This document shows, in pieces, positions 36,076 through 49,104 of a stretch of 64,000 bases of DNA. The notes beneath the pieces are model-generated. The model saw only the letters and a list, made by a program, of their open reading frames with translations. It had not been told where the DNA came from and did not search any database. The stretch comes from Lama guanicoe. Taxonomy: Eukaryota. How positions within the stretch are numbered: position 1 is the stretch's first letter; every line of letters begins with the position of its first letter. The stretch is from assembly GCA_013239625.1 (NCBI GenBank), contig MU053493.1, positions 1,931,793 through 1,995,792 on the forward strand, written 5' to 3'. The position numbers were made by a program, and so were the translations under genes.

Positions 36076-39000
36076 AAATGGTTTGTGATGCCAAAGCCCG
36101 CATCTGTAACCACAGCCCTGGGCATCTCTGGAAGAGGTGATGACCAGTTCCGTTCGAGATGTGTTGGACTCTCTGTGAGTGAGAGAATGTGGGTGAACTG
36201 GGTGCAACTCTCCTCAATAGTGATGTCTCCTCTGCTCTGTTGTCTGTTTACTTGGTGTAACGAGGGCTTGACATGCTGTCGTTCGAGGCGGGTGTCTCCT
36301 AGCACCAGGGAGGTGACTGGTGGACACGAGACCTCCGATCTGTAAAATTGTCCCAACCTCCTGACTTCACGAGGGCTCAGGCCATAGATCAAATATATCA
36401 AGCCGAGATTATTCGTGGGGCATTTTTCTTAATTTGATGATGCTTTGTTGATAAATACTGATTTTTTTTGCATACAGCGATTAAAGAATACACGTGTGTG
36501 TCCAGCCAGATTCATATTGAATATCCAGATTGAATGGGCATTTCTGCACCTGTCTTGGGGGTCCTCTGTCATCTGACAGCGAGGCAGTGAAGACCGGAGG
36601 GAAGACCCCACTGGGGCCAGTCTCCCTGCCCTGGGTATGGGCTGGGAGGACCTGGTGAGTCAACAGTGCACTTTCTGTGAAGAGGGGTGCTCCTCCATGC
36701 CCCGGGGGCGTGTTTGTCCAGCACCGAAGATCAGGGTTTCATAGGCCTGTGGGGTACCCGGGATGACAGATTCCTGTGGTCCCCTGGGGCTTTGCTGCAT
36801 GCTCATATTTGACAAAGGCCAGCCTGTACATCCATCATGAGACGGGGTGCCCACAAAATACCTGCTCTGTGCCCCAGCTTCTCCTTTCAGGGGCTTACTC
36901 CTTTGGGCCTTGGAGATTTCTCGGGCTATAGGCTTTCCCTGTCCCCTCCGCGCCCCCAAGGGCTTAGGGACACATCAGGGCTTCAGTGATGGTTGAATCA
37001 GTGACGTCTGATTGACGTGACAGCTGTGTGGGACAGCTCTGCACATTTGGATGATAAGCCAAATGCATGTTTTGATTACTTGGGGTTTCCATAATTTCTA
37101 GAAAGAGCCCTGTGACAATGGAAAAAAAGGAAAAATTGATCCATCAGTCAACTGAGCACAGCAGTTGAGGGAGGTGTGATGCAGGCCCTGAGGCCACATC
37201 ACACACACGAGTGTTTAGTGCTGCTCCCTGTGCAGATGCCTTTGCTGTGGTTGGGTCTTCAGCCGAGACTGTCTTGTGAAGGACATTTCGAGATTATGGT
37301 AGGAACATTGGCACCAAATAGGGAGGGGGGATGCTAAGGGCGAGGGTAACCTTGGCCTGCTCTGGGGAGGGGGAAGTGGCACCATGAGCACTCCCTCTGG
37401 GCTCACATGTGCCCCATTTAGTGATGTCAGAAGCAAGTATGAGCACCTGCTTTGGGTTGCGGGTACCAGACCCCGAGAAGCCCTGAGAGGCAGAGAGAAG
37501 AGCATCCTGAGATCACTGGCACCCAGGTGGCAGCAGGTGTGCAGGGCCCTGTGGTTGCACAGGGCACAGGTGGGAGCAGTCTGCACAAACCTGGCCCACC
37601 GGGAGGATGGAACTGGAGGAAGAGCCCACAGGCAGGCGCTGAGGGCAGGGGTTTGCGGGGGCACAGGGGCTGGGCAGGGGAAGGTCCTTGCCAGCAACTA
37701 ACCCCCCAAGGCCTCCGGGGAGTTACAGCTGGCCTCTTCCTTCCCTCAGCCCTGCCCCCACTCCTCTGCCTGCCCCCCTGGGCATCCCACCTGGACCTCC
37801 CTTTGCTCCTGGGGAGGCTGCCTGGGTGGGCCCCTGGGCACCTGTGCCCTCCCAGCCTCCTCTCTTCCCAGTACTTCCCATGTGGAAGATCGTATCTAAT
37901 TCCCAGGACCACCTGGAAAACAAAATCCAGGCTGGTCCCACCTTGGCATCCTAAGCCATCACTCCATCTGCCTGAGCTCTCAGACTGGCTTCTCTGGGCC
38001 CATTTGCAGAGTCAGCGCAAGACCCTTATTTAATTTTCTGAAGCCTAGTGACAACATATGACTGGAGGTGGCTCTTACCATCATGGGGCAGTTTATCTAG
38101 CAGGAATCTGGGGTTGCCTCAGTGCCTTAAAATCTTGTTAAAGCAGGGTTTCTAAAGAGCCATCTTTATTATTTGGGAAAATCCTTTAAAGCTCCTCCCC
38201 TAACAGTAATCTTGAAAGTTCCTTCCCTGTCCTGCCCTCGACAGAGCAGGGTGTAGTGGTTAAGAGCACAGACGTGAGAGCCAGGAAGCCTGGACTCCAC
38301 TCTGCTGCACCAGCTCCTGGTTCTGGAACATTCCAGACACGTTACCTGTGCCAACAACTGCCCTGGACACAGATGATGCCCTGATGATGACGTCGATGAT
38401 TTTAAGTCCCTGGTGGGGAGGCTCTGCACATGGTCTGTGCCATGCTAGGCAGGGCTGAGGACACCAGTGAGCAAGAGGACGTCCCCATGATCTGGAGTGA
38501 CGTCAGGGGAGGGACGAAGCCAGCACTGTGAGGCAGGATGAGCAGAGGCCCAGGACTGGCTGGGGACACAGTGGAGATGGGGTGGTGGGGGTGCAGCTTG
38601 AGCAAGGCCTGATAGGGTGGAGTGGACAGGTAGGGTGGGGCCAGCTCCCTAGGTGTCCCCCAGCTCTCTCCTCTGCCAGCCTTCCTCAGGTGTCCCATCT
38701 CCCCTTCAGGGACTTCTTGGGGGCATCCTCAACCACTTTCTGCTCTAGAGTCCCTGATCTAGGGGGACAGGGCGGCAGCCACACATCTCCAAGGGTGGCC
38801 CTGATTTTCTTACACTCAATTTTGAGTTGAAAATTAACTAAGAACCCCACTTGCCTAGCGGATGAGCTGGCCTCCAGACCACCAGTTTCTCAGTAATTCT
38901 AGGTGCAGTCCCAGGCTCCCTGATTCACCTGGAGTTTCTGAACATAACTCCCACTGCTTCAGAGCCCATTCCTGCCCAGCCCCCCTACGAGGCCACTCCA

Positions 39001-40450
39001 GATCTCCTGGGCTGGAGGGCGTCTGCATTCCCTCCCATTCAGCCTGTGCAAATTACACTTGCCATGTGCCAGACCCTGGGGCTGCCGACCAAAATGACAT
39101 AAGCCTGCCTCTAGAACCTCGTTCCAGGGGGAGACAGACACACAGACTCCCCGTCCACTTGGGCAGGGCTGGGTGATCAGCAGAGGCACTGCCCCTCCCA
39201 CCAGACCCAGGCAGGCTTCCTCGGGATGGGCTCCTACAGAGAGCAGAGAGGCCCTGGGACCTGGAGGCGGGGCTTTGGGAAGTCAACCCACCAGGCTGAA
39301 TGTGGAAGTGCATGGGCGCCCTCAGCATGAGACGGGGGGGGGATGGGAGTGTGACCTGGGAGGAGGGGGAGAGAGGGTGAGGGACCTGGATTGAGGATGG
39401 TGATGAGAGAGGGACAGAGCAGGGCCATCAAAGGGACAGGGAGCAGGAGGGTGCTGAAGGGCAGGATGCCGGGAAGGCCACGTGTGGTGGGGCAGTTAGC
39501 GGGGTCTTGCTGCCAGGCCCCTGAGCAGCTCTAGTGGATGACAAGGGCAGAGGTTCCCGTGTGGTCTGAGGTAGATGGGCAGCATCTGTAGGGACAGGCT
39601 GGGAGGGGACCTGAGGAGATGCCGGCAGGGAGAGGCTGCCCGCTGTGTGTGGAGCTGGGGTTGAACTGCTCTGACTTGAGTTGCACTGACTGGCCTGCAG
39701 CATATGTCTAGGGTGGATTTCGGGAATGAAGAGTGGTGGGTGCAGGACTGAAGCCGGGCCTTGGCCCACCTGCATCTCTCATCCTCGGGCTTCTGCTGCA
39801 CCTCCATATCCATCACGTGTGCCGGGGGCTTGAGACACATCTGAACAAAATCTTCTAGTCACGTGACATTCCCCAGGAAGTGCAGTGCTCCGTGGGAGGA
39901 TTTTTAGAAACATCTTCTGTTCAGGAAGAAAGACCACATTGCTGAGCACAGGATTCAGAGATGTGTCATGTCACACATGGTGCTCCAGCCGAGATGGAAC
40001 AGCGTGCCAATGGCAGTCAGATTTTCATCTGAAAGTGCTCAGATCGTGGTCAATTCTCATCAGTTACTGAAAAAAACACAGCTCTGTGATGATGGGAGGC
40101 TAACCAAGAATAACTCCCAACCTTCCATCAGATAATAATACCATGGGCATCTCAGGAAAATGAAGCACAGATCAGAAAAGCTGAGAGGGAAAAGTGTGGC
40201 ACAGAATGGGGCCCGGGGGCCAGTGGTGGACTCCTGACCCTGCCAAGACCTGTCAGCCTTCACAGAAGAGAAGGTGGGCTCTCTACCTGAGACCAAGCCA
40301 AAGCTCAGTCTACTGGAGCTGAAGGATGTTCGGAACTGGGCTTACAGAATCTCATTGCCCAGCTCCTCTGGTTTCAACGGTGATCAGACGGTCCAGGCCT
40401 GCATCTGGCTCCTGTCCTTTTAAGAGACACTCACTGAGACTGCTTGGCTG

Positions 40451-40471
40451 TGCGCTGTCCTTGGTGCTGAA
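40451..40471 (-). promoter_or_regulatory. RE1/NRSE (REST binding site)
   Basis: Minus strand reads TTCAGCACCAAGGACAGCGCA, 19/21 to the canonical TTCAGCACCACGGACAGCGCC. Confidence 0.85.
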
Positions 40472-41399
40472 GCACCGCCGAGCGTGCCTGCCCTTGGCCA
40501 CCCTGCCCTGCTCTGGGTGCACTCAGGCTGTACAGGTCAGCGAGCCTGAGCTAGACCTTGGATGAGGGGCTGTTGCTTGGGATTGCAGCATGTTTGGGAG
40601 AGTTTGCCCATTCTCCCTCCTTGGTCTGTTCTCGTCTTTGTGGCTCAGACACTTGCATATGGCCTCTGGTTCTGCCTCTGGGACCGTTTTGCCCACTCTG
40701 ATGTCTGATGCAGCCCTACCCCAACCCTAATAGTTCCCACGTTTGGGGCTCAGCTTCCCCTGAGAGCAGCCCTCAGTGCTGACTGGGAGACATCTTCTCC
40801 TGACCTTCGCTCCCAGAGTCTCTGGGTCTTCTGGTTGTTGACTGTTATGCACACTGACGTAGACTCACCCACTCGAGTGTCTTCAGAAGGGGTCAACCCC
40901 AGACCACCACACATGCAAGCCAGGTCTCACAGGTGCTCCTGGGTTCCTTTGGCCGCTGCTGCTGCTCCTCCCTTGTCTTTGATCTAGTCATTGATCTAGT
41001 CCCTCCTACGTTCATTCACTGGGACCAAGTATATAAAAGATAGTGTGCTGGTCACTTTGAGAAAAATGAATGTTAATTTCAAGAAAGGAGGAATAACCTA
41101 GTCATTCACTGGTCCTCAAAGCCTGCTCCAAAAACAAGAGCAGGGCCAGTCAGGGCTGTTCTTGGTGCACTGAATTTGAAAATTCTGGGAGATGTCACTA
41201 AGTGGCATTGCTGCCCAAGGTTTTCCTTGTCTAATGTCTTATTAATATTTAATCTCCAAAGGATTCCAAGTCACCCAAAATAGGGGCTGTTTGGCCCAGA
41301 TTCAGAGATCACAGCCTGGTATTTGGGGGAAGATTGATTCTTCTCTGCATCACAGTTAAAATGATGAAGTTCCAAAGGGAAAAAAAAAACTTTCACACG

Positions 41400-41760
41400 C
41401 AGGGACCATTATTCAACCTTAGAAAGGAAGGTAATGCTGACCCTTGAGGATGCTTAGTGAAATTAGCTGGTCACCAGAAGATAAATCCTATATTGGTCCA
41501 CCTGTGTGAGGTTGCTAGACTAATTAAATTCATAGATATGGAAGTGGAATGGTGGTTGCAAGGGGTAGGGGAGAGGGGGGAATAAGGAGTTAGTGTTTAA
41601 TGGGTACAGGTCTTCCCCGGGGATGCTGAAAAGTTCTGTAGACAGACAGTGGTGATGATTGCACAACGGTGTAAATGCACTGAATGCCACTTAACTGTCC
41701 ATTGAAAAATTGTTAAAATGATAAATTTTATTTTATGTATATTTACCAAAATATTTTAAA
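41400..41760 (+). mobile_element. L1MB-like 3' end
   Basis: tattcaaccttagaaaggaagg...ggagttagtgtttaatgggtacag...gttaaaatgataaatttta. Confidence 0.8.
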
Positions 41761-41784
41761 AGAAAGAAAGAAAGAAAGGGGCTG

Positions 41785-41885
41785 GGGGGAATAGCTCAGT
41801 GGAAAACCTATGCTTAGCATGCACGAAGTCCTGGATTCAATTCCCAGTGCCTCCATTAAAAAAATTAAAATGAAATAAATTTTAA
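41785..41885 (+). mobile_element. vic-1-like SINE
   Basis: ggggaatagctcagtgg...tgcttagcatgcacgaagtcctggattcaattcccagtgcctcc. Confidence 0.9.
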
Positions 41886-43454
41886 AAAAGAAAGAAAAGG
41901 CTCTTGTCCCATGAACTGGCTTGAGTCTGTTTGAATCATCTGAAACCCAGCTGAGCCAGTCTGAGCCCATGTAGCCATATCATACAAACAATGGAGGGTC
42001 AGTGGAGACTGGCTTGGTGGAGCTGTAGTAGAGCTGAGCTGACCACACCCATCTGGGCCACTGGACACTGGTGTGTGTCAAACAGCAGGGTGTCTGCATG
42101 CCTCTGGAAGGTGTCAGGATGTTCAGAATTAAAATGAGCCGTGGTAGGACAACCACATCCTGAGTGAGAAGAGGGTACCTTGCCTTCTCTCCTCCAAGAG
42201 TCTTGTCCAGTCACAGACGTGATCCTACCTTGGCAGGGGCGGAAGGGGCAAAAGTAGGGGTGGCCACCAGATCATTAATACTACTGGGCTCTTTGCATTG
42301 ATCACCCAGACCACTGGGTTGTGTAAAATGGTCACAGTCATCCCTTGTCAGTATCATTTAAATAAAAATATGTTGCCACTTCTACCGTGAAACTAACAGC
42401 TCACCCTACCCTCTCTCCTTATCCTCAACTTTAAGAAAACCAGATGCTCTATTTTGGATATTCATAATGGCCAGACACGTAGATTTAACCAAAGCTTACT
42501 GGATCTTTGATATCTTCTTTACCCATTAACTGGTTAAACTTGTTCTTCAAATTATTAGTCGTGGGATTTTGTGTTAGTGTTTGCAGCCATGGGCAGTTCC
42601 ACTGAGTTGTTTATTACTTGGGACTGATAATGTTGATTGGAACAGAGAACTCCTTCTCCTGCTGGGATATAGGGAGCTGGTCTTGGCAGTTTCATGCTGG
42701 GAATGCTAGTGTCTACAGATAATTGAAAGTTAAATATGGAAGGCGCATTGGAACTGGGGTTGGAATATTGACTTAGCCCTGGCCATCTGGTTTCCTTCTG
42801 ACCTATGTACCTTTCTTTGTTTCATCCATTCCTCTGATGCCTCACTCACCTTCTCAGAATATGTGTGGGGCTTTAGGCTGAGCAGAGGGGACATGGAGAG
42901 GCCTTGGGTCTCCCGGGAGCTGCTGGCCATGAGGCCAAGAGACCACTCTTCACCTCAGAGGGTCACTGTCATGAGACTGCTCACACGGGGCTTCTCACCC
43001 TGAAACTAGCAGGGTTGGGGGAGAATATGTGGGTGTTTGTAGCAAACTCATGGAACCTGTGGGAAAAGCAGCCCACAGGCCCCCAGCCATGGATTTAGAT
43101 GGGAGATGTGGTAGATTTTCTCATTTGAGAATTGAGCTCAATCAAACAACACTCCCCAGTTATGTCGCACACTTTGTCCGAAGCGATGGATCTCCCTCGT
43201 TTCCCACAGGTGAATCTGAGTGTGATATCCGGAGTGATGCGAGGCAGGTATCCAGGAAGGAATGGTCTCCGTGGTCCCGCCGCTGCCGTCTGGGTGGCTC
43301 AAACCCTCTGCTTCCCTTGGGAGGGTTAGTCCTGCACAAGCTGGCCATGACCTTCATGCAGGGGTCTAGCTGAGCTGATGAGGGTATCAAAGGTAGAGGC
43401 AAGCAGTATGTTTTAGGTCTTGCGAGGGCTCTGCTAAGTCTTTCTTTCCCCATT

Positions 43455-46400
43455 ACTTTAAAATGGTAGCCGTACACACATAACATGAAATTTACCATTT
43501 TAACCATTTTGGAGTGTGCAATTCAATGGCGTCTAGCACAGTGTTGGGCAACCACCACTGTTTAGTTCCAGAACATTTTCAACACCCTAAAAGGAGACCC
43601 CATATTTATTAAGCAGTCTCCCCACTTCTAGCACCTGGTAACGAAGACAAATCTGTTTTCTCTCTATACAAGCTGAGATAGTGTGGGTTTGCTTCCAGAC
43701 CACTGCAGCAGAGTGAATATTGAAATAAAGCAAGTCACACAATTTTTTTTGGTGTCTCAGTGCATATAAAACTTATGTTTACACTGTCCTGTAGTCTATT
43801 AGGTATGTAATAGTATCTAAAAAAACAATGTGCATGTCTTAACTTAAAAATACTTAATTGCTAAAAAGTACTAACCTTCAGCAAGTTGTAATCATTTTGC
43901 TAGTGGAGGTTCTGGCCTCGATCCTGATGGCTGCTTACTGATCAGGTGGCTAAGGAAGGTTGAGGTCACTGTGGAAATTTCTGAGAATAAGACAACAGTG
44001 AAATTTACCCCATCGATTGACTCTTCCTTTCATAAATGATTTCTCGGGAACATGCAGTGCTGTTTGATAGCATTTTACCCGCAGTAGAACTTCTTTCAAA
44101 GTTGGAGTCAGTCCTCTGAAACTCTGCTGCTGCTTTAATAACTAAGTTAATGTCATAGTCTCAATCCTTGATTGTCATTTCAACAGTCCTCACAGCATCT
44201 TCACCAGGAGTAAATTCCATCTGAAAAAACCACCTTCTTTTCTCGCCTCTAAGAAGCAAAATGCCATCTATTCAAGGTTTATCCTGAGACTGCAGCAATT
44301 CAGTCACATCTTCAGGCTCCACCTCTAATTCTAGTTCTCTTGCTGTTCCCACCACATCTGCAGCGACTTCCTCTATTGAAGTCTTGAATCACCCAAAGTC
44401 ATCCATGAGGGTTGGAATCCACTTCTTGCAAACTCCTGTTAATGTTGATATTTTGACCTCTTCCCATGAATCATGAAAGTTTTACTGACATCTAGAGTGG
44501 TGAATCCTTTTCAGAGGGTTTTCAGTTGCCTTTGCCCAGATCCACCTGCGGAATCACTCTCTCTGGCAGCCATAGCCTTACAAAATGTATTTCTTAAAAA
44601 ATAAACTTGAAAGTTGAAATGACTCCTTGATCTACGGGCTGTAGGATGGATGCTGTGTTAGCAGTCTTGAGAACAACATTCATCTCATTGTACATCCCCA
44701 TCAGAGCTCTTAGATGACCAGGTACATTGTCAATGAGAAGTAATATTTTGGAAGGAGTCTATTTTTTTGCCCCAAGCAGTAGGACTCAGCAGTGGCCTTA
44801 AAATATTCAGTCAACTATGTTGTCAACAGATGTGCTGTCATCCAGGTTTTGTTGTTCCATCGGTAGAGCACAGACAGAATAGCTTTGGCATAATTCATAA
44901 GAGCCTAGAATTTTCAGGATGATTAATGAGCCCTGGTTTCAGCTTGAAGTCACCAGCTGCATTGGCCCCTAACTAGGGAGTCAGCCTGTGCTTTGAAGCT
45001 TGGAAGCCAGGCATTGACTTCTCTCTGGTTATGGAAGTCCTAGGTGGCCTCTTCTTCCAATAGAAGGCTGTTTGTTCTGCATTGAAGATCTGTCGTTTAG
45101 TGTAGCCACCTTCATTATCTCAGCTGCATCTTCTGGAGAACTTGCTGTAGCTTCTACATCAGCACTTGCTGCTTCACGTTGCACTTTGATGTCCTAGAGA
45201 TGGCTTCTTTCATTAAACCTCATAAACCAACCTCTTCTAGCTTCAAATTTTCTTCTGCAGCTTCCTCACCTCTCTCAGCCTTCATAGCATTGAAGAGAGT
45301 TAGGACCTTGCTCTGGATGAGGCTTTGGCTGAAGGGAATGTTGTGACTGGTTTGATCTTCTGTCTTGGACTTTCTCCATATCAGCAATAAGGCTGTTTTG
45401 CTTCCTTATCATTTGTGTGTTCAGTTGGGCAGCGCTTTTAATTTCCTTCAAGAGCTTTCCCTTTGCATTCACAGCTTGGCTAACTATTTGGTGCAAGAGT
45501 TCCAGCTTTCGGCCTACCCATGCTTTCAACGTGCCTTCCTCACTGAGCTGAATCGTTTCTAGCTTTTGATTTAAAGTGAGAGATGTGCAGCTGTTTTCAC
45601 TTGAACACTGAAGGGGACATTATAGGGTTATTCACTGGCCTAATTTCAGAATTGTTGTGTCTCAGGGAATAGGGAGGCCCGAGGAGAGGGAGAGAGATGG
45701 GGAAACAGCTGATCAGTGGAGCAATCAGAACACATACAATATTTATCGATTAAGTTCACCATCTGATATAAGCCCAGTTTGTGGGGCCCCCAAACAATTA
45801 CAATTCTAACATCAAAGATCACTGATCACCATAATAAATATAATAATCTTGAAAAACTTTGAGCTATTGTGAGAATTAACCAAAATATGACACAGAAACA
45901 CCAAGCCAGTATGTGCTGTTGGAAAAAATGGCACCAGTAGATTTGCTCAGCAGAGGGTTGCCACAGACTTTCAATTTGTTAAAAAAAAAATGCAGTAGCT
46001 GCAAAGCACAGCAAAGTAAAGCACAGTAAAAAAAAAAAAGTATGCCTGTGTAGGTTTGCCTATTTCTAGAATTCGAAATGGAATTGTATAATACGTGACC
46101 TTTTGTGTCTGGCTTCTTTCACTGAGCATCATGTTTTCTGGGCTCACCCATGTTGTAGCACATGTCAGGACCTCACTCCCTTTTTATGGCTGAATAATAT
46201 TCCCCTGCATAGGTGGAGCACGTTTTGTTTATCCATCTGCCCATTGACAGACATTTGGATTGTTTCCACTTTTTGACTATTGTGAATAGTGTGACCCTGA
46301 CTGTTCCTGTACCAGTGTTTGTGCAGACGCCTGCTTTCAGGTCTTTTGGGTCCGCATCTAAGAGTGGAATTACTGAGTCACATGGGCATTTACTGTTTGA

Positions 46401-46480
46401 TTTTGTAAAGAATCACAAACTATTTCCCACAGCAGCTGAACATTTCATATTCCCACCAGCAAGGCATGATGGTTCTAGTT
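43455..46480 (-). mobile_element. L1MB-like 3' end, split by Tigger1 (parts at about 43455-43668 and 46049-46480)
   Basis: aaatttaccattttaaccatttt...atctgttttctctcta| then |taggtttgcctatt...gtctggcttctttcactgagcat reads continuously across the Tigger1. Confidence 0.8.
43669..46048 (-). mobile_element. Near full-length Tigger1 DNA transposon with a dead transposase
   Basis: About 2.38 kb; right TIR ...aagtatgcctg; ORF 45275-45529 (-) [28 protein letters not shown]...[15 protein letters not shown] matches the Tigger1 transposase N-terminus; frame broken elsewhere. Confidence 0.92.
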
Positions 46481-47800
46481 ATGCACAAATTTAAAAAAAT
46501 GAACAACCCTGATGATCCAGTGTCTAGACTCACCATTGTTCCAGAATGGCCTTAGTGGACATGTGTGCTGGTTTTTACCCTGGCTCGTAACCCTAGAGCC
46601 TGAGGCCAGCAGGACCACTGAGTTCCACCTCTGTGCTGGAGTGGGAGCTGTCCCAGGCCAGGACCTTGGTTATGTGCATCTTCCGGTCCTCCTAGGGGTA
46701 CCCTGTCCCCTGCAGGACACACAGCAGGTGCTTGCATGGGACTGGCCACATGGACGCAGCCTTTGGATAATGGGTGAAAATGTAGAGACTGGTTTAGAAG
46801 AACAGAGGTTCTGCTCTGAAATGCTGGTGCCCCCTGGTGCTGCCTGCCCTTCCTGGGACTCCATGAAAAGAGAGTGAATGATGAAGTAGAGTAAGTCTCA
46901 GGAGGTCCTGGCAGTCAGGGGCCCGGAGATTTCAGCAGACATGTCTCAGAGGACAAGGCTGGGCCCACAGTGGGTTCCCCAGTGGATCTCGTCCTGACTT
47001 TTTTAAGCCAGAGATCAACTTCGGAAAGATGCGATCTTCCCCATGGGGATCATACTGAGGAGAAAAAAGACTTTATCCAAGCTCTTCTCCTCCAGATAAA
47101 TATCCCCGAGTATCCTGAGTCATAAGAACAGTTTTGTCATTTTTCTGAGCCATTTGCCAGTGGACAGATGGAATGGATGGCTTTTGGGAGGAGATGTGGA
47201 AGGGGCTGAGTCAAACTTTCTGGTGGCCCCTGGTGGGTCGTACTCTCGGCTCGGTCCGACAGGAGCACTTCCATGTCGTTGTCCCAGCCACCCCTCCTAA
47301 GCTGGACGGATGAGGGCATCTGGGCTGGAATATCAGATGAGTAGGGTTGACCAACGCCTTTGAAAACAGGGAGCAAGAAATGATTCCCAGAGAAGGCTGT
47401 CCCTTCCCTGAGTGGCCACACTGGAGCACCTGGGGTTTCTCTGACATGTTTGGGGGGAGGGACGGTCAGGTGGGAAGTAGTGACTCACCTGGCTTTGAGC
47501 TGATGCTGTCTGTCCCTCACTGGACCTCCCTATGTGTCACTCACATGCTTGTCATTCAGGACAGGGCTTGGACACACATGGCCTTTGTTACAGACGGTGT
47601 AAGTACGAGCGTTTGCTGTTACTCCCTCCAAAGCGATGTGGGTTGAACTGACATATTTTCAGTTTAATCAGGCAGACACAATCAGAATGGACACGTTAAA
47701 AAAAATTCTAGCTTTAGTTTCACCCACTGGAGCCAAGATATTTATTAGAGCAATTTATTCAAATTAGTATATTTTTATTACAGGCAATCATCTGCCTTGA

Positions 47801-47821
47801 GCAGCTGTCCATGGTCCTGGC
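47801..47821 (-). promoter_or_regulatory. Variant RE1/NRSE
   Basis: Minus strand reads GCCAGGACCATGGACAGCTGC; perfect GGACAGC half-site and correct 2-nt spacer, 15/21 overall. Confidence 0.45.
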
Positions 47822-48741
47822 ATTTTATGACCAGCATGTGCTGTAGCATCATGTTCTGTTCTCAGGGCCCCACGAAGAGAGGGTCAGGGGTTCCCCACCA
47901 TGTTAACATTACTTCTCTCCACACATTTCACTCCCTCCTTCTCTAAGTGGGTGGCTGATGCAGGTCTAGCTGGTGGCACCAGGAACCCCGCACCACAGTT
48001 ACCTGAGAAAGGACATGATCCTGCTTTCTCTGCTGGCTGTGAAGGATGCGGTGACCCTGGCCTGCATCTTACCTTGGGGTACGCCTGGCTGCTGTACCTT
48101 GGGGAGGGCACAAAAGAATTCAGGTAGCATGTTCATCTCAGTTGCCAGGAGCCCCAAAGACACGTGGGCCTCTAACCATGTTTATTTCAGAGGCTATGTC
48201 CCGTGCTGCCAAGCTTCCCACCCTGCCCCTTGAAATGAAAACTAAGGCACCAGATGGGTTCTTCCCAGAAGAAGCAGCACAGGCCCACCCTCCTGCCTCT
48301 CTGGAAACAACCTCGGCTGTTTATTAGGAGATGTGGTTGTCATGGTGATGAGTGGTTGGAGGGATTTAGAGAAGATGTGGGCATGGAGGGAAGGGTGGAG
48401 CCTGGAGAAGCTATAGGGAGAAGTTGCCATTATAAGTGGACCCAAGACCTTGTGTTGCCCATGGTCACCGCACACTGTGGCCCCACCCTGAGGTGTCCTG
48501 TGGATGAGTGTGGGGCACCGACCTCCAGCCTGTGTTCCCCTGGCCAAACCCTAACCCCTTGGAGCTGCGTCCCCTGGGAAGAATACCTCTCTCACTTGCC
48601 ACAAGGTGAACAGCAGTCTTTGTGTCACCTTTTCCCATCATGTATTTGGCACCTCGATGAGAGTCTGTTGCCACGTTTAGGGCCGGCTTTCTGCCAGAAA
48701 AATTAGGTTCCACCCCAAGCTGTAACATCCATAGAAGGAGT

Positions 48742-49104
48742 GTTACCTTAATCCTTCCAGGGTGCTACAACAGAACGTCATAAACCGGGGGACTTAGAAA
48801 CAGCAGACATTGCTTTCTCACTGTTCTGGAGGCTTCAAGTCCAAGATCAAGGCACCAGCAGATTTGGTGTCTGGTGAGAGCCCACTTTTATAGACAGATG
48901 TCTTTTAAGTCCTATGCAGTAAGGGTGGGGGAGCACTCTGGGGTCTCTTTTATAAGGACACTGATCCCATTCCTGGGGGCTCCACCCTGACGACCTCGTC
49001 TAATCCTAATCGTCTCCCTATGACCCCAGCTCCTAACACCACTCCTTGGGGGTCAGGCTTCTACATCTGATTTGGGGGAGGACACAAGCATTCAGTGTGT
49101 AGTA
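48742..49104. mobile_element. MaLR solo LTR (MLT1A/B-like)
   Basis: tctcactgttctggaggc...aagtccaagatcaagg...ttttataaggacactgatcccatt...ggctccaccct. Confidence 0.85.

Noticed and set aside
46824..46842. CTCF-like CAGCACCAGGGGGCACCAG (minus strand)
   Set aside because: Plausible, but one such match in 64 kb of GC-rich DNA is not distinguishable from chance without data.
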